DNA of 64,000 bases from assembly GCA_965199715.1 (NCBI GenBank), contig OZ241322.1, positions 1,248,001 through 1,312,000 on the forward strand, in the 5' to 3' direction. The position numbers and the translations under genes are program-made. The notes under the pieces are model-generated. The model saw nothing but the letters and a program-made list of their open reading frames with translations. It did not search any database and had not been told where the DNA came from. This document shows, piece after piece, positions 24,237 through 31,654 of the stretch; position 1 is the first letter of the stretch; each line of letters begins with the position of its first letter. This stretch comes from Vicinamibacteria bacterium (GTDB taxonomy: Bacteria; Acidobacteriota; Vicinamibacteria; Marinacidobacterales; Marinacidobacteraceae).

Positions 24237-25007
24237 TTATGGCCGGGTGCGGGCGAGGAGCGCGGTCGCCGGGGGGTGTCCGGGGAAGATGCGGAGCGCT
24301 TCCGCGAACTCCCGGCGGGCGGCTTCGGGATCGCGCCCGAGAAGCTGCAGGCCGACCTCGACCGCCGCCGCCGCGCGCCGGGCGCGGGAGAAGCGGTCGA
24401 GGAGCCGCGAGCCCTCCCCCTCCCGGCCCGAGGCGATCAGGTGCTGGCCGAGCAGGTACGCCGGGCCCGGATGCCAGGGCGCGAGGTCCAGCGCTTCCCG
24501 CAGCGCCGCTTCGCCCGCCTCGTCGTCCCCGAGGCGCAGGCTCGCCTCGCCGAGCAGGTGCTGGGCCTCGGCGCGGGGAGGAATCGTCTCGCCGTCGGTC
24601 GCCGCCGGCAGGCGCGGGATGGCGCGCCGCGCGTGGCGGGCGGCGCCCGCCGGATCGCCGATCCGCAGGAGCACCGAGCCGAGGAAGTAGTGGGCGAACG
24701 GCTGGTCCGTCGTCTCCAGCACCGACTCGAGCAGCGCGCGGGCTTCGTCGTAGCGGCTCAGCTCGAAGAGCAGCGAGGCGCGGGTGACCGCGAGTTCCGA
24801 GTGGGCGGGCGCCCGGGCGAGGACGGCCTCCGCTTCGGGAATCCGGTCCGAGCGGGCGAGCAGCTCGGCCAGCAGCACGAGCTCCGCGGGCGAGTCCCCG
24901 ACGAGGAGTGCGATCGCCTCGTCGGTCCGCCCGACCCCGGCGAGGCGCCGCGCCTCGGCGAGCGCGTCCTGCGCGAGGAGCGCGCACGCGAGGACGAGCG
25001 CCAGCAT
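24237..25007 (-). CDS. Exported tetratricopeptide repeat protein
   Basis: MLALVLACALLAQ signal; TPR helices (AHYFLGSVLLRIGD, AQHLLGEASLRLGD...ALDLAP). Confidence 0.78.
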   Translation of the reverse strand: MLALVLACALLAQDALAEARRLAGVGRTDEAIALLVGDSPAELVLLAELLARSDRIPEAEAVLARAPAHSELAVTRASLLFELSRYDEARALLESVLETTDQPFAHYFLGSVLLRIGDPAGAARHARRAIPRLPAATDGETIPPRAEAQHLLGEASLRLGDDEAGEAALREALDLAPWHPGPAYLLGQHLIASGREGEGSRLLDRFSRARRAAAAVEVGLQLLGRDPEAARREFAEALRIFPGHPPATALLARTRP

Positions 25008-25648
25008 CACGCCTCGAACGCCAGCGCCGCGGCGAAACGGGGTTCGTCGAGGCCATGGAGGCGCCAGCGGACATCCGGCAGGTGCGGGAACCGGAACTCC
25101 CCCGACACAGCGCCGGCGATCATCGCCGCCGGAACCTCGAAGCGGGCGGGCTGCAGCGTGAACCCGGCGCCGACGGCCTTGATGAGCGCCTCCTTCATGG
25201 TCCACAGACGGTAGAACGCTTCCTCGCCGGCGGCGCGTTCCCGGGCGCCGAAGACGCGCCGGCCGACGCCGTCGAAGTCCCGGCCCGGACGCCGCACCTC
25301 CAGATCCACGCCGACGCGGCCGGAAGGGGCGAACGCGATGAGCCCGTGGTCGCCGCTGTGGCTCACGTTGAAGGATGGGGGCCGGCGGCCCGGAACGACC
25401 GCGCGCGGCTTGCCGTGCTCGCCGTACTCGAAGCGGAGTTCGCGGTTCGCGAAGCCGCCCCGCTCGCACAGCGCGAACCGCAGCGCGGCGCGGCAGCGGG
25501 CGAACTGGCGCCGGCGGCGGTCGGCGCGCTTTCGCTCGTCCGCGTCCAGCCACGCCCGCGCCAGCTCGTCCAGCGCCGGATGCGGGCGCAGGTCCACCGC
25601 GAGGATCTCCACCGGTCCGACCGCCCGCCACGGGGTCCACCAGGTCAT
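25007..25648 (-). CDS. Sfp-type 4'-phosphopantetheinyl transferase
   Basis: HGKP, FNVSHSG, VGVDLE and FYRLWTMKEALIKAVGAG motifs. Confidence 0.92.
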   Translation of the reverse strand: MTWWTPWRAVGPVEILAVDLRPHPALDELARAWLDADERKRADRRRRQFARCRAALRFALCERGGFANRELRFEYGEHGKPRAVVPGRRPPSFNVSHSGDHGLIAFAPSGRVGVDLEVRRPGRDFDGVGRRVFGARERAAGEEAFYRLWTMKEALIKAVGAGFTLQPARFEVPAAMIAGAVSGEFRFPHLPDVRWRLHGLDEPRFAAALAFEA

Positions 25649-26454
25649 CGCGGCGCGAGGACCACTTCGCGGAGGTACGCGGCCATTCCGCGGCGCTGGT
25701 CCCACTGGCGGGGGTATCCGAGCGAGACCTCCTGGAACGGGACGCCGTCGGCCCACGTCGTGGTGCGGATGTGAAGGTGCCCGTACACGACCGCCGCGGC
25801 GCCGTAGCGGAGGTGCCAGCCCCGGGTAAGGCGGGTGCCGCACCACGGGCGAAATCGCGGGATGCGGGGCAGCACTGCGTGCGCCTCCTCCAGCGGGAAG
25901 TGGTTGATGAGCACCTTGGGAAGGTCTGGCGCTTCCCGTAGCCGGGCCTCGGTCGCGGCGCAGCGGGCGGCGCACCACTCGGCGCGGCTCGGCCACGGAT
26001 CCGGGCGCAGCAGGTACTCGTCCGAGCAGGCCGCGTTCTGCTCCCGCGCCCACGCGACGACGCCGTCGAGCGGCACGTCCGGCGGGCGGAAGCTGTAGTC
26101 GTAGAGGAGAAAGAGCGGGGCCAGCAGCACGTCCCCGTCCGGGTGGGGGAACGTCGGGTACGGATCCTCCGGGGTGAGGACGCCGTGGGACCGGGCGATC
26201 TCGACGAGGCGGCGGTAGAGGAAGTCGCCCCGCAGGTTGTCGCCGGCGGTCCAGAGTTCGTGGTTGCCGGGAACCCAGACGAGGCGCCGGAAGCGCTGCT
26301 TGAGGAGTCCGAGGCACCAGTCGAAGTGGAGGTCGCCGTCCGTGACGTCGCCCGCGAGGATCAGCCAGTCGTCGGGATACGCCGGAAGCTCCTCGAGGGC
26401 GCGCCGGTTGACCGGGAACGAGAGGTGCAGGTCCGAGAGCGCGAGCAGGCGCAT
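25645..26454 (-). CDS. Metallophosphoesterase, PptH-like (putative carrier-protein phosphopantetheine hydrolase)
   Basis: SDLH, AGD, PGNHELW, HFPL, YGHLH; family-typical TPEDPYP, LFLLYDYSF, WCGT and EVSLGYP; ATGA-coupled to a PPTase. Confidence 0.82.
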   Translation of the reverse strand: MRLLALSDLHLSFPVNRRALEELPAYPDDWLILAGDVTDGDLHFDWCLGLLKQRFRRLVWVPGNHELWTAGDNLRGDFLYRRLVEIARSHGVLTPEDPYPTFPHPDGDVLLAPLFLLYDYSFRPPDVPLDGVVAWAREQNAACSDEYLLRPDPWPSRAEWCAARCAATEARLREAPDLPKVLINHFPLEEAHAVLPRIPRFRPWCGTRLTRGWHLRYGAAAVVYGHLHIRTTTWADGVPFQEVSLGYPRQWDQRRGMAAYLREVVLAPR

Positions 26455-28056
26455 CTAGCGTTCTTCCTTCACGACGCGCGCGCCGGGCGGGACGTCGCGG
26501 AGGACGGATTCCGCGCCGGACGGCCAGAGCACCCGGACCTCGGGCAGCCTCGCCGCCGGTCCGAGGCCGAGCGCCGCCACCGGCTGGTTGCTCCCGAGGA
26601 ACCCGTCGCTTCCCCTCAGTTCGCGCGACCCGGGTTCGATGCGGGCGTTCAGGCCATCCCGGTTGCTCCGAGTCCCCACGAGCCGGAGCATGACGGCGGG
26701 GCGGGGCGGAGCGCCGACCAGCAGGTCGGGAGCGGCGTCCACGTTCGTGACCACGAGGTCGAGGTCGCCGTCGCCGTCAAGGTCGCCGAGCGCGGCCCCC
26801 CGGCTCGACCGGCGCGGTCCCTCGAGCAGCTCCGCGGAGAAGAGCCCGGTCCCGTCGTTGCGGAAGAACTGGTTGGGCTGGTCGTAGGGCTCGCCGAGTT
26901 CGGGGCGGTCCCGGAGCTCGGGATAGATGTGGCCGTTCGCGAAGAAGAGGTCGAGGTCGCCGTCGTGGTCCGCGTCGAAGGGGAGCGCCGCCCAACCGAG
27001 GAAGGCGAGGGTGGCGAGGCTGAGCCCGGCGGCGGCGGTCTCGTCGGCGAAGCGCAGCGGCCCCCCCGGCGCGGTGACGTTCCGGAACAGCGTGTTGTAG
27101 TCGCGCTGGAAGTTCGTCACCACGAGGTCGAGGTCGCCGTCCCGGTCGAAGTCGCCGGCGGCGGAGCCCATACCCGACTGCTCCATGCCCGAGCCGCTGT
27201 ACCCCGCCCCCGAGAGGAGCGAGACGTCCTCGAAGCGCATCCCGCCCCGGTTGCGGAAGAGGAGGTCGCGGGTCGCGTCCGCCGCCACTCGGATCTCCGG
27301 CAGCCGGTCGCCGTCGAGATCGGCGAGCAGGACACTGAAGCTGCGGGCGTCGGGAGCGTGGACGCCGGCCTTCTTCGTCACGTCCTCGAACGAGCGCCCG
27401 CCCCGGCTCCGGTAGAGCACGTCCGCCTCGGCCGGAAGGCCGTTCGGGCCGCAGAACACGTCCACGCCGAAATAGGGGCAGCGGCTCGTCAGGTCGGCGC
27501 GGCGCCGGTCCACGTAGTTCGTGACGTACAGATCCAGCCAGCCGTCCCCGTCGAGATCGCCCCACGCCGCGCCGGTTCCGAAGCCGTCGTGGCCGAGCCC
27601 GGCCTTCCCGGTGGCGCGGCGGAACGTCCCGTCGCCCCGGTTTTCGAAGAAGACGTTGGGGCCGAGGTTGACCACGAGCAGGTCGGGATCGCCGTCGTTG
27701 TCGGAGTCTGCGGCGGCGCAGGCCCCGGCGTAGCCCCGGTCGGCGACTCCGGCGGCCTCGGTCACGTCCTCGAAGCGGAGGGCGCCCCGGTTGCGGAAGA
27801 GGCGGTTGCTCGGCGTCCCGGGGTCCGGTTCCCGGCCGTCGAGGGCCGCCGCCGCGTCGCCGCCGTCGGCGAAGTAAAGGTCGGGGAGGCCATCGCCGTC
27901 GTAGTCGAACACGCAGACGCCGGAGCCGACCGACTCGGCGATCGTGGCGCGGGGGAGATCGCCCGAGTGGTTGCGGAACGGCAGGAAGCCCGGGCGCAGG
28001 GCGAGTTCCGGCTGGCCGGAGAGGAGGCCGAGCGCCGCGAGGACCAACCCGGCCAT
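26455..28056 (-). CDS. CRTAC1/ASPIC-UnbV family FG-GAP repeat protein
   Basis: DYDGDGLPDL, DLDGDGWLDL and DFDRDGDLDL repeats; SNRDGLNARI...GLG...VLWPSG. Confidence 0.9.
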   Translation of the reverse strand: MAGLVLAALGLLSGQPELALRPGFLPFRNHSGDLPRATIAESVGSGVCVFDYDGDGLPDLYFADGGDAAAALDGREPDPGTPSNRLFRNRGALRFEDVTEAAGVADRGYAGACAAADSDNDGDPDLLVVNLGPNVFFENRGDGTFRRATGKAGLGHDGFGTGAAWGDLDGDGWLDLYVTNYVDRRRADLTSRCPYFGVDVFCGPNGLPAEADVLYRSRGGRSFEDVTKKAGVHAPDARSFSVLLADLDGDRLPEIRVAADATRDLLFRNRGGMRFEDVSLLSGAGYSGSGMEQSGMGSAAGDFDRDGDLDLVVTNFQRDYNTLFRNVTAPGGPLRFADETAAAGLSLATLAFLGWAALPFDADHDGDLDLFFANGHIYPELRDRPELGEPYDQPNQFFRNDGTGLFSAELLEGPRRSSRGAALGDLDGDGDLDLVVTNVDAAPDLLVGAPPRPAVMLRLVGTRSNRDGLNARIEPGSRELRGSDGFLGSNQPVAALGLGPAARLPEVRVLWPSGAESVLRDVPPGARVVKEER

Positions 28057-28073
28057 GCCGTTACTCTAGACCC
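28057..28073. promoter_or_regulatory. Putative bidirectional leaderless promoter with overlapping -10 hexamers
   Basis: TACTCT (+, 28062-28067) 6 nt before ATG 28074; TAGAGT (-, 28068-28063) 6 nt before ATG 28056. Confidence 0.65.
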
Positions 28074-29510
28074 ATGCGCATCCTGCTCTTGACGTTGTTC
28101 GCCTCCGGCGCGCTCGCGCAGGATCACGCCAAGCTCCAGACCGACTTTCCCGCCGAGGAGTTCGTCGAGCGGCGGGCGCGGGTGATGGACGCCATCGGGG
28201 ACGACGCGGTCGCGCTCGTCCAGGGCGGCGCGGCGGCGCCCGGGTTCCTCGTGTTCCGGCAGACCAACGAGTTCTACTACCTGACCGGAATCGAGACGCC
28301 GCACTCGTACCTCCTGATCGACGGGCGGGCGCGACGTTCGCTCCTCTTCCTGCCCCGGCGCGACGCGGCGAAGGAGCGCAGCGAGGGCCGGATGCTGTCG
28401 GCGGAGGACGTGGCGGAGGTCCGGGCGGCGAGCGGAGTGGACGACGTGTTCGCCATCGACCAGATCGGGCGGCGGCTCTACGGGTTCGCGCTGCGCCCGC
28501 CGTCGCCGACGCTTTACACGTTCATGAGTCCGGCGGAGGGGCGGGCGCAAAGCCGCGACGAGAACCTGATCGGCCATGCGCTGCACGTCTCCGACCCGTG
28601 GGACGGGCGGGCGTCGCGCGAAGGCGCGTTCGTACGGAAGCTGCGGGATCGGTATCCGCAGTTCCCCATCGCCGACCTGACCCCGATCGTGGACGCGATG
28701 CGGCTCCACAAGTCGCCCCGCGAGATGGCGCTGGTGCGGCGCGCCGCCGAGCTCGCCGGCATGGGGATCATGGAGGCGATGCGCTCGACGGAGCCGGGCC
28801 TCTTCGAATACCAGTTGGACGCCGCCGCGTACTACGTCTATCGGATCAACGGCGCCCAGGGCGAGGGGTACCGCTCGATCACCGCGACCGGAACCAACGC
28901 CTACTTCGGCCACTACTTCCGGAACGACGCCGAGCTCAAGGAAGGGGAGCTGGTCCTGATGGACCACGCCCCGGACTACCGGTACTACACGAGCGACATA
29001 GCCCGGATGTGGCCGGTGAGCGGCGTCTTCACCGAGGACCAGCGGAAGCTCTACACGTTCATCGTGCGCTACAGCGAGGCGCTGCTGTCGCGGCTCCGGC
29101 CCGGGGTGACTCCCGACCAGGTGCTCGACGGGGCGGCCGAGGAGATGGAGCCGGTAGTGGACGAGATGGGGTTCACGAATCCGCTCCACGAGAAGGCGGC
29201 CCGGGAGGCGCTCGCGTTCCGGGGGCACCTCTCCCATCCGGTCGGACTCGCGGTGCACGACGTGGGGCGGTATCGGAGCCGTCCGTTCGAGTCGGGTCTC
29301 GTGTTCGCGCTGGATCCGATGCTCTGGGTCCACGAGGAACGGCTGTACGTGCGGATGGAGGACGTCGTGGCGATCACCGAGAACGGCGTGGAGAACTTCA
29401 CCGACTTCATGCCGCGCACGGTCGATGAGATCGAGGCGTTCATGCGCGAGGACGGGGCGCTGCAATTGACGCCGCCGATGGCCGGGCCCTCGGAGCCGCC
29501 GCCGCGTTAG
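28074..29510 (+). CDS. Secreted Xaa-Pro aminopeptidase, M24 family
   Basis: Signal peptide; FRQTNEFYYLTG, RLHKSPRE, LMD...YTSDIARMWP, HPVGLAVHD, VRMED. Confidence 0.88.
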   Translation: MRILLLTLFASGALAQDHAKLQTDFPAEEFVERRARVMDAIGDDAVALVQGGAAAPGFLVFRQTNEFYYLTGIETPHSYLLIDGRARRSLLFLPRRDAAKERSEGRMLSAEDVAEVRAASGVDDVFAIDQIGRRLYGFALRPPSPTLYTFMSPAEGRAQSRDENLIGHALHVSDPWDGRASREGAFVRKLRDRYPQFPIADLTPIVDAMRLHKSPREMALVRRAAELAGMGIMEAMRSTEPGLFEYQLDAAAYYVYRINGAQGEGYRSITATGTNAYFGHYFRNDAELKEGELVLMDHAPDYRYYTSDIARMWPVSGVFTEDQRKLYTFIVRYSEALLSRLRPGVTPDQVLDGAAEEMEPVVDEMGFTNPLHEKAAREALAFRGHLSHPVGLAVHDVGRYRSRPFESGLVFALDPMLWVHEERLYVRMEDVVAITENGVENFTDFMPRTVDEIEAFMREDGALQLTPPMAGPSEPPPR

Positions 29511-29514
29511 CCGA

Positions 29515-30671
29515 ATGAGGGGGCGGCTGAACCGCGTCTTCCTCGGGGTCGGGCACTTCCTCGACCACTTCTTCATGCTGGTGTTCGCGACGGTCGCGGC
29601 GCTCCGGCTGACCGAGGAATGGGGGATGAGCTACGGGGCGCTGATTCCCTGCGCGACGCCGGGTTTCGTCGCCTTCGGCCTCGGAGCCGCGCCCGCCGGG
29701 TGGCTCGCCGACCGGTGGAGCCGGAAGAGGATGATGACGATCTTCTTCGTCGGCGTCGGCCTCGCCTCGATGCTCACGGCCGCCGCGACCACGCCCGCCG
29801 GGATCGCGCTCGGGCTGCTCGGCGTGGGGGCGTTCGCCGCGATCTACCACCCGGTGGGGCTCGCGATGGTGGTCGAGGGCCGGCGGCGCACCGGCGTTCC
29901 GCTCGCGGTGAACGCGGTGTTCGGGAACCTCGGGGTCGCCGCGGCGGCGCTCGTCACCGGATCCTCATCGACGCTTCGGGCTGGCGAAGCGCGTTCGTGA
30001 TCCCGGGCGCGGTCTCGGTCGCGATCGGGGCCACGTTCTCCGCAGCCTACCGGGAAGAGCGGGCCGACGCGCGACGGGAGGTCCGGACGGCGCCCCTCGA
30101 TCGGCGGACGCTCCTCCGGGTGGCGGCGATCGTCGCCGTGACCACCGGGATCGGCGGCCTCGTCTTCCAGAGCGCCACCTTCGCGCTGCCCCGGGTGCTC
30201 GACGAGCGGCTCGCGGGGTCGGCTACCGCGATCGGCGGATACGCCTCGCTCATCTTCGCCGCGGGCGTGGTCGCGCAGCTCGTCGTGGGCGTGCTCGTGG
30301 ACCGGCTCCCGGTGCGCACCGTGTTCGCGTGGGTGGCGGGTCTCCAGGCGGTCCTGTTCGCGGCTATGATGGGCCTCGCCGGGCCGCTCGCGCTTCTGGT
30401 CGCCGCGGGTTTCATGGGCGCGGTCTTCGGACAGGCGCCGCTCAACGACGTGCTCGTGGGCCGCATCGCCCGGGGCGAATGGCGCAGCCGCGTGTACGCG
30501 CTGCGCTACATGATCACGTTCTCGGTGATGGCGACGACGCTTCCGATCATCGCCGGAGTCCACGCCGGACGCGGGTTCGGGGCGCTCTTCGGGCTGCTCG
30601 CCGTCGCGGCGACGCTCATTCTCGCCGCCGCGCTGCTGCTTCCGCGCGCGGAAATCAGCGCTGGATGTTGA
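29515..30671 (+). pseudogene. MFS transporter with one -1 frameshift near 29960 (pseudogene or sequencing error)
   Basis: GHFLDH, AGWLADRWSRK and AIYHPVG in one frame; continues ILIDASGWRSAF in another; one extra G restores the ORF. Confidence 0.82.
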
Positions 30672-31569
30672 CGGTGACGCTCGCCGGACCGTCGTCCCGC
30701 AGGCCGTAGTACTCGAGCCGGAAGACGTCGCTCGGGTAGGCCGGGCCCCGGGGCGAGCCCTCGTGGATCTGGCGCATGATGCCGATGTTCCCGAGCGAGA
30801 GGAGCTGGCCCGGTTCGAGGGTCTTGCCCGAGTCCCGCAACTGGTCGCGCAGCCAGCGCACCGCTTGGATCGGGTCGTACCAGTCCGCCATGCTGCCCGA
30901 CTGGACAACCTCGCCCCGCCCGTCGAGCGCCGCGTACTCGAACGAGCGCAGGCGGGCGAGCCACTCCTCGGTCGGCTGGATCGGGACCGGATCGCCGGCG
31001 AAGGCCCAGCGCGAGATCATGTTGGAGACGACCATCCGGTTCACCGAGGCCGTTTCCGGGTCGTAGAAGGGATCCGGGATTTCGATGAACGGGACGACCG
31101 CGTCGAGGCCGGCGAGGATTTCGAGATCGGTGGACGCCTCGTTGATGGACGGGTCGCCGACCCGGAAAGCGAAGTCCGCCTCGAGGAAGCCGGCCGCCGT
31201 CTCGTCCACCCGGATCGACGCTCCGTCGGGACGGAACATGCCGGCCAGCAGATGTGCGCGGATGCCGCCCGGGGGGAAGCTCGGGTTGGGCGGGTTCGGG
31301 TCGTGGCCGCCGGTCTTGTAGCCGACCACTTCGCCCATCGTCGGCTCGAGGATCGCCGCCAGCTCGTCCTGCCAGCGATAGGCCTCGTCCAGCGGCATCT
31401 CGTGGACGAACCCGGTGAGCATCCGGAGGTTCGTGAAGTCGTCCGCCATCTGGACCACGTCGCCCCGGGTCGCGTCCTCTGGGGGCGCGTCTTCCGGGAC
31501 GGAGTCGGGCTCCGGAGCGCCGCCGCAGGCGACGAGGAGCGCGAGGGCGAGAATCAGCGGTCGGGCCAT
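30655..31569 (-). CDS. Lipoprotein of the FAH superfamily (2-keto-4-pentenoate hydratase-like)
   Basis: LLVAC lipobox; DEAYRWQ, VVGYKTG, LEADFAF, FIEIPD, WLRDQL...LEPGQLLSLG. Confidence 0.75.
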   Translation of the reverse strand: MARPLILALALLVACGGAPEPDSVPEDAPPEDATRGDVVQMADDFTNLRMLTGFVHEMPLDEAYRWQDELAAILEPTMGEVVGYKTGGHDPNPPNPSFPPGGIRAHLLAGMFRPDGASIRVDETAAGFLEADFAFRVGDPSINEASTDLEILAGLDAVVPFIEIPDPFYDPETASVNRMVVSNMISRWAFAGDPVPIQPTEEWLARLRSFEYAALDGRGEVVQSGSMADWYDPIQAVRWLRDQLRDSGKTLEPGQLLSLGNIGIMRQIHEGSPRGPAYPSDVFRLEYYGLRDDGPASVTVNIQR

Positions 31570-31604
31570 GGGATCGAGTATGCCACGGCCCCAAACGCGC
31601 GAAA

Positions 31605-31631
31605 GCCGGCGGCGCGCCAAGCGCCGCCGGC
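31605..31631 (-). terminator. Intrinsic terminator-like hairpin after the second TonB receptor
   Basis: 11-bp stem gccggcggcgc-gccaa-gcgccgccggc followed by TTT on the minus strand. Confidence 0.72.
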
Positions 31632-31654
31632 CCTCGCCGGAAAACGGGGAAGCT

